Source: an uncultured Gammaproteobacteria bacterium | Lineage (GTDB): Bacteria; Pseudomonadota; Gammaproteobacteria; DRLM01 | Assembly: GCA_963729605.1 (NCBI GenBank) | Contig: CAVSNY010000006.1 | Coordinates: forward strand, 1-64,000 | Length of the DNA stretch: 64,000 nt | Direction: 5' to 3' | In this document: positions 20,516 to 30,211 of the stretch, one piece after another | Numbering within the stretch: the stretch's first letter is position 1 | How the letters are laid out: each line of letters begins with the position of its first letter | Notes under the pieces: model-generated | Told to the model about the DNA's origin: nothing | Databases searched by the model: none | Seen by the model: only the letters and a program-made list of their open reading frames with translations | Made by a program: the position numbers and the translations under genes

Positions 20516-21418
20516 TCACCGTTTCCTTGTCGAGGCGTAGGCACGCGGCTTGATATTGCGGCAACGTGCGTCGAGCTGATGGGCGATACGTTGTTGCAAT
20601 GGCTCGCTCAACGAAGCACGGCCGATGGCACGCAGTGTTGCGCCGGGATTCTTGCCGTTGAAAACCGCCACGCCGCCCGGCGCAGTGCGTTTGATGTACC
20701 AGCCCGGCAAGGCCACCACGGGTTGTGCGCTCACCGGCTCGCCGACCGCCGAACTCAGCCACTCGCTCAGCCAGCGGGCTTGCCGTTGCGCTTGTTCCAG
20801 CGGCGCGCGCTCGCACCAGCCTGGAAACTGAAGCGTCTTGGCATCGTAATCGACTTGCCATTCCTTCTTGTTGTCGTGCTTCATCGGCTTGGCGCGGCCC
20901 TTGGTTTCGATCGCAAACACCCCGCCTTCCCCGATCACCACGTGGTCGATGTTGAAGCCTTCCGCCGGCAGGTCGTGATAGACACGGTAGCCATCGCGCA
21001 GGAGCTGATTGAGTTCCTGGCCGACTGCTAGTTCGGCATCAAGGCCGAGTCGATACGATTGGAGGGAGGACATCTTCTGAGTGATTTTCAACGTAAGGTA
21101 GGCGACGGCACCAATACCGGCCAGCAAATAAAGCCCCATTATCCCGACACCGAAACGAGACCCCGTGCTCAGTTGTTCCAAATACATCGCGTAGAGCAAA
21201 AGCGGTATTCCGGGCAGTGCCATGAGATAGCCGAAGGCATCCAGCCGCATGTCGTCAATGGTATCGCGCAAAGATTCTCCCGGACTGCGCAACAAGTCTC
21301 GCGTCAACGGCGTGTGTTTGCGCACTTGCGTCAGTCGTTTCCGCCAAAGTATGATCGCGGTAACGCTGACTAACAGACTGCCCAAATAGATCGCCATCGG
21401 TATCAAGACCATACGCAT
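20516..21418 (-). CDS. NERD (nuclease-related domain) membrane protein
   Basis: 3 TM segments, then G.DAE..V..L..GYRVYHDL..NIDHVVIG..GVFAIETK (PD-(D/E)xK). Confidence 0.85.
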   Translation of the reverse strand: MRMVLIPMAIYLGSLLVSVTAIILWRKRLTQVRKHTPLTRDLLRSPGESLRDTIDDMRLDAFGYLMALPGIPLLLYAMYLEQLSTGSRFGVGIMGLYLLAGIGAVAYLTLKITQKMSSLQSYRLGLDAELAVGQELNQLLRDGYRVYHDLPAEGFNIDHVVIGEGGVFAIETKGRAKPMKHDNKKEWQVDYDAKTLQFPGWCERAPLEQAQRQARWLSEWLSSAVGEPVSAQPVVALPGWYIKRTAPGGVAVFNGKNPGATLRAIGRASLSEPLQQRIAHQLDARCRNIKPRAYASTRKR

Positions 21419-21674
21419 CAACCTCTTTCAATAACGCACTTTTCAGCATGAGCCTAACCGCCCGCCCGACCTCTAGACAGGAGCCGGTTATCATGACGAT
21501 GACGCCCATTTCGTCTCATGCCTACATATCACTCGTCGGGATCCGACATCAGTCTCGCATGCATGCGATATAAGAAGAAACTATGGCCATATCGAAAGCT
21601 CAACTTCTCCTCTGCCGCACGCCCTGCGACATCCTCGACTTTACCCCTCGTTCCTCAGCCTTTATCCTGCGCCC

Positions 21675-24600
21675 ATGAATGTCATCGCATCCGCCAGCGC
21701 ACCCGCGGCCAGTGCCACGGTGATGGCCTCGGCCGGCACCGGCAAGACTTGGCTGCTGGTGACCCGCGTCGTGCGTTTGTTATTGGACGGCGCCGCCCCC
21801 GACGCCATCCTGGCCGTCACCTTCACCCGCAAAGCCGCGGCGGAGATGGCGGCGCGGCTCACCCAACGCCTCGCCGAACTGGCCCGCCTCGACGTCCACG
21901 GCCGCCATGCCGCGCTCGCCGCCATGGGTATCGCGCCGAACGACGAATTGCTGCGCAACGCCGCCGATCTCTACGAACGGCAACTGCGTCACACCCGCCA
22001 GGTACGCTTCACCACCTTTCACGCCTTCTGCCAAGATTTGCTGCGGCGTTTTCCGCTGGAGGCGCAAGTGCCGGCGGGTTTCGAGGTGCTGGATGGCCCC
22101 GGTCTGCTCGAACAACAGGCCTGGGACGCCTTGCTCAACGAGGCCACCGCCGCGCCGGACGCCGCCACCGGGCAGGCCCTCGCCCTGTTGTTCGACCGAT
22201 GCAACGGTCTGCACAACGCCCGCGCCGCGCTGCGGCAATTCATCAACTACCGCAGCGACTGGTGGGCCTACACCCGCGAGCAAAACGCGCCCGTCGAGTG
22301 GGCTTTGCGGCAACTCGCCGCCGCGCTGGAAGTGGACCCGACGAGTGATCCGCTCGCCGGCGCCCTATCATCACGTGCTCAACAGGAACTGCGCGAAGTC
22401 GCCGCGCTGCTCGGACGCCACGGCACCGACACCTCCGTTGCCCAAGCCCGCGCCATAGTCGACGCCCTTGACGGCGCGGGTGACGGCAACGCGCGGTTGA
22501 CCTTGCTCAAACGCGCCTTCCTCACCCAAAAAGACACACCGCTGGTCCGCAAAGCCGGCAAGGCCCTCGCCGACAAACTCGGCGCGGCGGGACAAGATCG
22601 TCTGCTGGAATTACATACGCTGTGGGCCGAACGGCTGCTGGTAATTCAAGATCAAGTGCGCCGCCGCGCAACGTTCTTGCTCACCCACGCCTGGCTCAAC
22701 GCCGGCACGCGCCTGCTCGATCACTTCCAGCGCATCAAGGCCGAACAACGCATGCTCGATTTCGCCGACCTCGAGTGGAAGGCCTATCGTCTGCTCAATC
22801 ACGGCGATCACGCGGAGTGGGTGCAATACAAACTCGATCAGCGCATCGAACATATTTTGGTCGATGAATTTCAAGACACCAATCCCACCCAGTGGCATTT
22901 GCTATATCCGCTGTTGCAGGAGCTGGCGGCCGGCGGGCAGGAACGCGCGCGCAGCGTGTTTCTGGTGGGCGATACCAAACAATCGATCTACCGCTTCCGC
23001 CGCGCCGATCCCAATTTATTTCCCGCCGCGCAATACTGGTTGGCGGAACATCTGCGCGCCGATACTCATGGCCTCGCCGCCTCCTGGCGTTCGGCGCCGG
23101 CGGTCATCGATTTCGTCAATCAGGTTTTTGAAAGCGGTCCGCTGGGCGCCGCGCTGGCCGAGTTTCCCCGCCACGGCACTCATCGCACGGAATTGTGGGG
23201 GCGTGTCGAAATCTTGCCCTTGGTCATCCCCGCGGACGAAACCCCGCCCGCAGCGGCGACGGAACTGCGCAATCCTTTGCGACAACCGCGCGTGATTCAT
23301 CAAGACCGGCGCCATCTTCAAGAAGGCAATGCGATCGCCGCGCGCATTCAAGGTCTGATAAACGATTGCGTCGCCGTGGGTGAGGCGAGCCAGGCGCGCC
23401 CGCTGCGTTACGACGACATCATGATCCTGGTGCGGCATCGCACGCATTTATCCGATTACGAACAGGCCTTACGCGCCGCCGGCATCCCTTATGCGAGCGC
23501 CAATCGCGGCACCTTGCTGCACTGCGCGGAGATTCAAGACCTGGTGAGCCTGCTCACCACGCTCATCGTGCCTTACGACAATCTCGCGCTCGCGCAGGTA
23601 TTGCGCTGCCCGCTGTTCGATTGCAGCGACGAGGATTTAATCGCCCTGGCGCGCCACGAAACACATGTCAGCTGGTTCGAACGCCTGCGCGAACTCGGCC
23701 CGACCCTGGCGGCGGGTTCGCCGCTGGCCCGCGCCGCTCGCTGGCTGACACACTGGCAAAATCTCGCGGGCCAGCGCCCGGTGCACGATCTGCTGGATCG
23801 CGTCTACGTCGAAGGCAATGTGCCGGCCCGTTTTGAAGCGGCCTTTCCCGCACATCTGCGGCCGCGGGTGCGCGCCAACCTCACCCGCTTCATCGAACTG
23901 GCGCTGGAAGTGGATAGCGGCCGTTATCCCAGCCTGTCGTCTTTTCTCCACCGCCTGCGCAGCGTCGAAAGCGCCGACGACGACGCCCCCGACGAGGCGC
24001 CCATCGCCCACGCCCAAGGCGGCGTGCGCATCCTCACCATCCACGCGGCGAAGGGTTTGGAGGCGCCGGTGGTGTTCCTCGCCGACGCGGCCGGCGCGGG
24101 GCGCGCCCATCGCGCTTATCAAGCGTTAGTGCGCTGGCCCACCCTGGCCGCCGCACCCACCCATTTTTTACTCACCGGCAAAAGCGCCGAGTTGGACCGG
24201 ATCAGCGCGGCCTTGATCGACGAGCAGCAGACTGAAGAACGACGCGAACAGGCCAACCTGCTCTATGTCGCGCTGACGCGCGCCAAACAGCTCTTATTCA
24301 TCTCTGGCTGCCAGCCTCAACGCGGCGAGGAATTGGGCTGGTACGGACTCATCGCCGCGCAGCTGGGTGAGGTGACGCGCGTCTGCCAAGAAGGCTGGCA
24401 TCGGCAACAAGGCACGCCGCCGCTCGCCGCGCCGCTCGCGGCGCGAATAACACCGCTGGTCCCGGACATCGATCCCCGCTTGAACGCGCCGCTCGTCGCG
24501 CCGCCGCCGGATATCGAAATCGCCCCCAGCCGCCACGCCACCAGCGACGACGACAGCTACGACGGCGATGAGGACGGCCGCGAACGGGGCCGCGCCATTC

Positions 24601-25055
24601 ATCATTTTTTGGAACTGTTATGCGGCGAGCCGCGCCACACGCCGCAGGATGCGCGCGCGCGCGTCGCCGCCGAATTGAATTTAAATTCCAACGATCCGCG
24701 GCTTGATGCCTGGTGGAATGAAGCGGCGCGAGTCTATGGCGATGCGGACCTGCGTCCCTGGTTCGACCCCACGCACTACGATGCGGCCTACAATGAAGTG
24801 CCCATTCAATATCAACAGGGTGACGCGGTGATTTACGGCGTGATCGACCGGCTGGTGGTGCATGGCGACCGCTGCGCGGTGATCGATTACAAAACCCATC
24901 GCGGCGCCGCCGACGCACCGCATGATTACGCAGCGCTTTTTCGCGAACAATTGCATTTGTACGCGCAAGGCGTGGCGCGGCTGTGGCCGGAAAAAACCAT
25001 TGACGCCTATCTGCTGTTCACCGCCAGCGGCCGTATGGAGCGACTCGATAGATAA
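21675..25055 (+). CDS. addA: UvrD/AddA-type helicase with C-terminal RecB-like nuclease
   Basis: ASAGTGKT, TFTRKAA, VDEFQD, VGD.KQSIY.FR, TIH.AKGLE, YVALTRA; C-terminal GVIDRL..IDYKT..QL.LY. Confidence 0.88.
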   Translation: MNVIASASAPAASATVMASAGTGKTWLLVTRVVRLLLDGAAPDAILAVTFTRKAAAEMAARLTQRLAELARLDVHGRHAALAAMGIAPNDELLRNAADLYERQLRHTRQVRFTTFHAFCQDLLRRFPLEAQVPAGFEVLDGPGLLEQQAWDALLNEATAAPDAATGQALALLFDRCNGLHNARAALRQFINYRSDWWAYTREQNAPVEWALRQLAAALEVDPTSDPLAGALSSRAQQELREVAALLGRHGTDTSVAQARAIVDALDGAGDGNARLTLLKRAFLTQKDTPLVRKAGKALADKLGAAGQDRLLELHTLWAERLLVIQDQVRRRATFLLTHAWLNAGTRLLDHFQRIKAEQRMLDFADLEWKAYRLLNHGDHAEWVQYKLDQRIEHILVDEFQDTNPTQWHLLYPLLQELAAGGQERARSVFLVGDTKQSIYRFRRADPNLFPAAQYWLAEHLRADTHGLAASWRSAPAVIDFVNQVFESGPLGAALAEFPRHGTHRTELWGRVEILPLVIPADETPPAAATELRNPLRQPRVIHQDRRHLQEGNAIAARIQGLINDCVAVGEASQARPLRYDDIMILVRHRTHLSDYEQALRAAGIPYASANRGTLLHCAEIQDLVSLLTTLIVPYDNLALAQVLRCPLFDCSDEDLIALARHETHVSWFERLRELGPTLAAGSPLARAARWLTHWQNLAGQRPVHDLLDRVYVEGNVPARFEAAFPAHLRPRVRANLTRFIELALEVDSGRYPSLSSFLHRLRSVESADDDAPDEAPIAHAQGGVRILTIHAAKGLEAPVVFLADAAGAGRAHRAYQALVRWPTLAAAPTHFLLTGKSAELDRISAALIDEQQTEERREQANLLYVALTRAKQLLFISGCQPQRGEELGWYGLIAAQLGEVTRVCQEGWHRQQGTPPLAAPLAARITPLVPDIDPRLNAPLVAPPPDIEIAPSRHATSDDDSYDGDEDGRERGRAIHHFLELLCGEPRHTPQDARARVAAELNLNSNDPRLDAWWNEAARVYGDADLRPWFDPTHYDAAYNEVPIQYQQGDAVIYGVIDRLVVHGDRCAVIDYKTHRGAADAPHDYAALFREQLHLYAQGVARLWPEKTIDAYLLFTASGRMERLDR

Positions 25056-25156
25056 TCCTCGGCGGGAGGAAAACAATTAACCACGGACAATACAGAGAAG
25101 ATAAATGCTACATATCTTTATCGAAGTCGCTCATAGGTGAACCCAATGCCGCAACA

Positions 25157-25202
25157 TTCAAACGGGCAAGGGTCGCAAGTTCGAACCTTGCACCGCCCAC
25201 CA
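25157..25202 (+). other. Degenerate 3' half of a tRNA (Val-like), probable att-site scar
   Basis: GGGTCGCAAG-TTCGAAC-CTTGC-ACCGCCC-ACCA gives a T arm, acceptor 3' strand and CCA; no 5' half upstream. Confidence 0.75.
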
Positions 25203-25299
25203 AAAAATCATTTTGGTTAAGAACCACGACATTCCCGGAATGGGTTCCATACTGATTATTTGTCACAGAGCCGTCAAACTCATTCGCGAACGCACTGAG

Positions 25300-25652
25300 T
25301 GTAAACGCGCTGCCGGTGTTGTACAGCGGGTCGATGAACACGCACTTCACCTTGCCCGTAAACTCCGCCTCCAGCGCCTCCAGCGCCTTCAACGCCTTCA
25401 ACGCCTTCAACGCCTTCAACGCCTTCAACGCCTTCAACGCCTTCAACGCCTTCAACGCCTTCAACGCCTTCAACGCCTTCAACGTCAACAGGTTATTCCC
25501 AGAGATCAGCTAGTTGTCGAAAATGTCGCTCTCCGTCACCCGCTGCTTCGCGTGATACTACCTCTCCCGATCCTCCAACAAAATCGCGGCTCCAACTTTG
25601 GCCGCGCATCCTTACCGATCCAGGTGAGTTCGAGCTTTTGTTTCTTAGTCAT
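25300..25652 (-). pseudogene. Type III restriction-modification Mod (DNA methyltransferase), N-terminal remnant
   Basis: MTKKQKLELTWIGK..RPKLEPR, frameshift, two TAG stops, GNNLL.LKAL..EFTGKVKCVFIDPLYNTGSAFT (DPPY changed to DPLY), then truncated. Confidence 0.85.
25366..25482. repeat. 9-bp tandem repeat: (CGCCTCCAG)x2 + (CGCCTTCAA)x11
   Basis: Counted directly; encodes (LKA)11(LEA)2 on the minus strand inside the mod remnant. Confidence 0.97.
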
Positions 25653-25666
25653 CTGATGCCTTTGTT

Positions 25667-28048
25667 TCAAACACCGAGACGAGCGCGGACATGCGCCTGC
25701 TCTCGGATTCGTGCCTGTATCTGTGCATACAATTGAACTTCCTGATTCTCGCGGTCACTGACCGTGACAACCAAGGCATAATCCTCTGATTCCTTGCACA
25801 GGGGTGTCCCCCAGTCCTTGTCTTGACGGGTGACCACAACGAACCATTTGACATCTGGTGACAATTGCCGGAACTCCCATATGGACGATTGGACGGTGCC
25901 TTTTTCACGCTCTTGTGATGTAATTTTGCGGTTAGCCTGGGACGCGTCGGGAATAGTCTTTTCCACATCCTTCTTCAACGCTTGATTGAAATGGCGCTGT
26001 ACTTCCACCAATGAACTCCCCTTAACTAATCGGTAGCTGATTTTTGTAGCGACATAGTCCACGCGCGTTGTTCTGACTGGTGGGCAATAAGCCAAGGTGA
26101 CCCGTAGTTGTCGCGTCGCGCGGTTACTTCGCAAGAAAGATTCTGGCAGCGGTAGTTCATAGAACTGGTGCGAGTCGTTCAGTATGGTGTCCTCCGCCAG
26201 AAGCACCACTTCATAATCCGTCGAGCAAAACAGGGTGTCGGCGTTCACTTTGCCGTAGCCGACCACGTCGTGTATATGGTCATGCAGCTTCTCCGCAAAT
26301 GGCGCTCGGCAAGCATCCGGGACATCGGCATGATTAACTAGCACGGCCCTGAGCAGATTCGCTGATGCATTGGGGTAGAGGTTCAGCAGGCGGCCGGCAA
26401 GATGGGAGATATAAGGCGCAGAGAAACTTGTGCCCGAGATATCCTTGAACAGAGTGGATCCGAGAAAATGATGATTGAGGGTCAATACCCCGAGGCGTTT
26501 ATCTATTTTATGCCACTGTTCGCCTTCGCGCCTCATGGGCGAAGCAAGATTTCCGCCATGGGCCATCAGGTCCGGCTTGAAAGCCCCTCTTAAAGAGGGA
26601 CCGTGCCGCGTGAACGGCGACGGCTGATCTTCCGTAGCGGGAGATAATTCATTTACTTCGCGGTCGCCATGGCGTTGTTCATTTGCTGTAGCGTTGTGAT
26701 TTGCCAACGCACCCACCGTCAATACATTCAATGCAGGGGCTGGATCGATGATGCGTGACTCGTCGGCAAGAAGATACTCTGGGTATTCAGATCGCCAGTC
26801 GGTCCTGGGTAAGTTTTCGGTGCCACGAAAGTTACCTGCTGACACTACAAACAATACGTTGTACTCGCGGGCCAGACGATCAAGCGTATAGGCCATGCCC
26901 TGAATGTGTCGTCCGGTATATGGGGCGCACTCATTTCCGAGCGAGATATTGAATATCCGGCAACCTTGCTCCCCAGCAAAGTAGGCAACCGCTCTTTCCA
27001 GAGACTGTTCAATGGTCTTGATATCGAATACTGCCTCGTCGTCGGCATCAGGTGCTTTCGTCATGACCTTACCGCTGTACAGCCAGACTTCCGGTTGCCA
27101 GCGGTTCGCGGCAAGGCACTCCTCCAGATTTCCATAAAGTACGATACCCGCTACGGCGGTGCCGTGACCGACATCGTCTTCCGGACCTTGCCCATCGATA
27201 TAACTTGCTGCTTCGCCAAAGGCTGGTCTCAACAAGGGATGATTGCTGTTAACGCCACTATCAAGGACACAAATCCTCGATGCACCCGGTCTCGGGGCAG
27301 GAATCTCGCCTGAATGCAGGTCTACGGCAACATCCAATTGCTGGTAGGCGATGCCACTCCGCGGGGGCATATCCACCTGCCGAACATAAATATGTTCAAG
27401 TAACAGATTGGCCTGGGCCTGATTTACTTCTACACGGTATAAGACCAGACTATCGCGGCTTATCCGATCCACTCGGCGGATCGTTTGCGCAGATAACCAT
27501 TGTTCGAAATTCTGAATTATTTGTAACCGCTCAGGGCTATGCTCGAAACCGTGCGGCCACAACTCCACATCCAGAAAGAACGGTTCTGTTACCGGCAGCC
27601 TGAATTGTTTTAGCGCCCAGCTTTCACGATCTTCCCTGCTCCAATTGCCCACGCCTTCCAGTGCGAGCAGTATCTGACGGTAAGACAATTCATCGTCCTG
27701 AGCCGCACCAAGTTTTGACAGATGGTCAGCAAATTCGGCTAACCCCTGTTCCGACGCAAAAACCACGCAAATCGTCTTGTCTTCCTGACTTATAAATTCA
27801 ACGCCGTGTTTTTTGATGTTTCTGAAATCGAGGTTACCGGAATAGTTGAGCTTGAGAATAACTCGGCCGTCTTCCGCGCCAGGCTGGGCGCGAGCCTTTT
27901 CTGTGGCTGCGGCTAAAGCCTCTCCGAGATACTGCCCGTGTGAGCGTGGGTTGCCCCTGATTACAGGTGGAATATTGCGATCAATCCTTCGCCGGTCATT
28001 GATGAGCCGCTCTTTCTCGATGCGCAGGTGTTCATAGACGCCTGTCAT
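25667..28048 (-). CDS. ietS: S8 subtilisin-like serine protease, IetS-type
   Basis: Triad VLDSG / GHGT / SGTSFS, VVSAGN, KPDL; directly downstream of an AAA ATPase. Confidence 0.85.
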   Translation of the reverse strand: MTGVYEHLRIEKERLINDRRRIDRNIPPVIRGNPRSHGQYLGEALAAATEKARAQPGAEDGRVILKLNYSGNLDFRNIKKHGVEFISQEDKTICVVFASEQGLAEFADHLSKLGAAQDDELSYRQILLALEGVGNWSREDRESWALKQFRLPVTEPFFLDVELWPHGFEHSPERLQIIQNFEQWLSAQTIRRVDRISRDSLVLYRVEVNQAQANLLLEHIYVRQVDMPPRSGIAYQQLDVAVDLHSGEIPAPRPGASRICVLDSGVNSNHPLLRPAFGEAASYIDGQGPEDDVGHGTAVAGIVLYGNLEECLAANRWQPEVWLYSGKVMTKAPDADDEAVFDIKTIEQSLERAVAYFAGEQGCRIFNISLGNECAPYTGRHIQGMAYTLDRLAREYNVLFVVSAGNFRGTENLPRTDWRSEYPEYLLADESRIIDPAPALNVLTVGALANHNATANEQRHGDREVNELSPATEDQPSPFTRHGPSLRGAFKPDLMAHGGNLASPMRREGEQWHKIDKRLGVLTLNHHFLGSTLFKDISGTSFSAPYISHLAGRLLNLYPNASANLLRAVLVNHADVPDACRAPFAEKLHDHIHDVVGYGKVNADTLFCSTDYEVVLLAEDTILNDSHQFYELPLPESFLRSNRATRQLRVTLAYCPPVRTTRVDYVATKISYRLVKGSSLVEVQRHFNQALKKDVEKTIPDASQANRKITSQEREKGTVQSSIWEFRQLSPDVKWFVVVTRQDKDWGTPLCKESEDYALVVTVSDRENQEVQLYAQIQARIREQAHVRARLGV

Positions 28049-28066
28049 TGACTTTCCCCTCGCACC

Positions 28067-29050
28067 TTAGTTAGCGGGTCGTAATTCCCTTTCTCGAGCC
28101 TGAGCTAAATCTTTCAGTCCAAGAAATTGCTGATTTCGGAGGATCATGCGTTTGATGGCGCGACGGACAATCCGCTCAATGTCGGCAGGACTCAGTTCTT
28201 GGAATAACTCAAGGACATCGGGCAAATCCAATTCAAACTGACGGCGAACACCGCGCAGTTTCAATTGAAGAACTTTGGTCAACAATTCGGCTGAAGGAAG
28301 CGGAAACTCCAAGGTATCATCGAACCGCCGCCACACTGCGCTGTCCAGAATTTGTTCATGATTGGTGGCCGCGATGATGAGACTTTTGCCCTGATAGGCA
28401 TCCATCATCTGTAAAACAGCATTAACCACGCGCCGAAGCTCGCCGTGCTCCGCATTATCCGCGCGCTCCTTACCTAGAGCATCGAACTCGTCAAATAAGG
28501 CTACAAGCGGGTACTGGGCGATGAAGTTGAAGACCTTGCGGAGATTTGCCGCTGTCTCGCCGAGGTAGGAGGAAACAAGCGCATCAAGCCGAACAATAGC
28601 AAGCGGCAAGTCCAATTCGCAGGCGATGACTTCTGCCGCCAAAGTCTTCCCGCAACCCGGCGGACCAAAGAAGAGCACTTTAGAGGAGGCCTGCAAGCCA
28701 TAGGTATGAAGTACATCCTGGCGTCTATGCTCTTCCAACAACTCATCGATCGCAGCCTGCCCCGCCCGTGAAGTGACCAATTCTTCCAAGGTACGCTGTG
28801 GTTGCCGAACATCTAAGAGGGGTAAGCCACGCTCCTTATCCGTAGGTATAGCAGGCATCAGGCGCGATAGCGCGCTTGATGAGAGGGGCTTAGCGTGCCC
28901 ATATAAAATCTGCTCCAGGTCATTGGCGAGTAGATGATGTTGCTTCTGCCTTTCTTCCCGGATGATGGCCTCGGACGCTTGGCGAAAGGCAGACGTATCT
29001 CCGGCTGCTCCGGCTTTTACTAACTGTCTCAGTATCTTTCCGCTGGCCAT
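28067..29050 (-). CDS. ietA: AAA+ ATPase, IetA-type
   Basis: GPPGCGKT, SSYLGET..NL, FDEFD, GELRRVVN, ATNH..LD.AVWRRFD. Confidence 0.88.
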   Translation of the reverse strand: MASGKILRQLVKAGAAGDTSAFRQASEAIIREERQKQHHLLANDLEQILYGHAKPLSSSALSRLMPAIPTDKERGLPLLDVRQPQRTLEELVTSRAGQAAIDELLEEHRRQDVLHTYGLQASSKVLFFGPPGCGKTLAAEVIACELDLPLAIVRLDALVSSYLGETAANLRKVFNFIAQYPLVALFDEFDALGKERADNAEHGELRRVVNAVLQMMDAYQGKSLIIAATNHEQILDSAVWRRFDDTLEFPLPSAELLTKVLQLKLRGVRRQFELDLPDVLELFQELSPADIERIVRRAIKRMILRNQQFLGLKDLAQARERELRPAN

Positions 29051-29064
29051 GATGCACCTCCCAA

Positions 29065-29256
29065 TTATTGTAATTTTACCCTATTGACCGGCTCATTAGG
29101 GAAGCCGTGAGACAACTCACGCCTAGCGTCGTAATTCAAACCGCTGCTGACGAAGCTGTCTTGATCCAACCCTTGAGTGTAAGCGATGACTTTTTCGGCA
29201 AAGCCGATCATGTCGTCGAGGTAGAATCGCCACTCGCGCGGTGCGGCATCAGACAT
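29065..29256 (-). pseudogene. Truncated HepT/DUF86 (HEPN) toxin
   Basis: REWRFYLDDMI.FAEKV..YT.GL...F....YDA, then unrelated tail; no RNxxxH active site. Confidence 0.8.
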
Positions 29257-29539
29257 GTACGGCCTCCTTTTCGATAAACGGACGCAGCTCCGGGCGCAGG
29301 GCTTTTTCCGTCACCAGATCGACCGGGCAGCCCAGCAAATCCTCCAGATAGAATTGCACGCCGAAATAGCGTTCCGAGGTGGCCGGGCCATCAAAGGCCA
29401 CCAGAATGTCGATGTCGCTGTCGCTACGCGCCGCATCGCGCACGGTGGAGCCAAACAAGGCCAGACGTGTGACCCCGTAACGAGCCGTTAGTGTCGGTTT
29501 GCTCTTGGCGAGCAGTTCAAGGGCGCGTGATCGCGTCAT
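29249..29539 (-). CDS. Minimal nucleotidyltransferase (MntA-type antitoxin)
   Basis: LFGS.VR..A..DSDIDILV..VDLVT. Confidence 0.92.
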   Translation of the reverse strand: MTRSRALELLAKSKPTLTARYGVTRLALFGSTVRDAARSDSDIDILVAFDGPATSERYFGVQFYLEDLLGCPVDLVTEKALRPELRPFIEKEAVHV

Positions 29540-29597
29540 CGTCTTCTCCTTATGGTTCTAGCGCCGGCGACCGCGGGAAAGATGCGGTGCTTGCAGT

Positions 29598-29870
29598 TCA
29601 TGGCAGCTCCCACTCGATAGTGTACAACGTGCGCTCTTGTACCTGTTGTTTCAGTTGCATCTCAAGCTGCGCGATCAGGTCGTTACGCTTCGCCTCCACT
29701 TCATCCTGCCGATCAAACAATTCCCGCCGCGGCTTGTTGCGTTTCTGCTCCAACTCCCGCTGCTGCTTCTGGCAATGGAGTTCTTCTTCCAGCGTCGGCG
29801 CGGTGCGCCGGACCTCTTTAATCTGGGGGTCGATATCCTTGATCTCCTATTCGAGGCTGACCTTGAGATC
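29598..29870 (-). pseudogene. C-terminal remnant of the SNF2-type helicase that usually precedes type III mod/res
   Basis: Own translation: DLKVSLE*EIKDIDPQIKEVRRTAPTLEE..QRELE.KR..RRELFDRQDEVEAKRNDLIAQLE.QL.QQV..RTLYTIEWELP. Confidence 0.7.
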
Positions 29871-30090
29871 GGTGGCTCACCACCGCGCCCGGATAGTAGC
29901 GCGCGAGGATGCGGTACAGGTGCCGGCGGATGATGCTCTCGGGCGAGTCTTTGAGATTGGTGGTGTAGAGCTTGGGGGCGATGCGGCGCAACCGTCCGGC
30001 CCGGACTTCGCGCGAAATGGCGACGGATTCTTTCGGCGTGGCGCTACCGTAGACGATCTCTTGCGCGGGCGGCTGTTGGATTTTTCGCAT
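29866..30090 (-). pseudogene. N-terminal remnant of a large Fic-family protein
   Basis: AISREVRAGRLRRIAPKLYTTNL.DSPE.II.R.L..IL...YPGAVVSHRS, joined abruptly to the SNF2 remnant. Confidence 0.6.
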
Positions 30091-30211
30091 TAACAGGCGG
30101 CCAGGTCCGGGAATTGTTAAGAATCTTAGAATAACCGGCGGCAAATGTTAATTTTTTTATAATAGAGTGCTCAATTGGGACGACCGCCCTCCTTCACCGA
30201 CCATTGTTAGA

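Noticed and set aside
25366-25482. CRISPR array
   Set aside because: Contiguous 9-bp units, no spacers, no cas genes
25108-25488. 126-aa (LKA)n ORF as a novel amphipathic repeat protein
   Set aside because: It is the repeat-expanded interior of a mod pseudogene reading on through the tRNA scar; overlapping (LQR)n and (AFN)n ORFs are other frames of the same repeat
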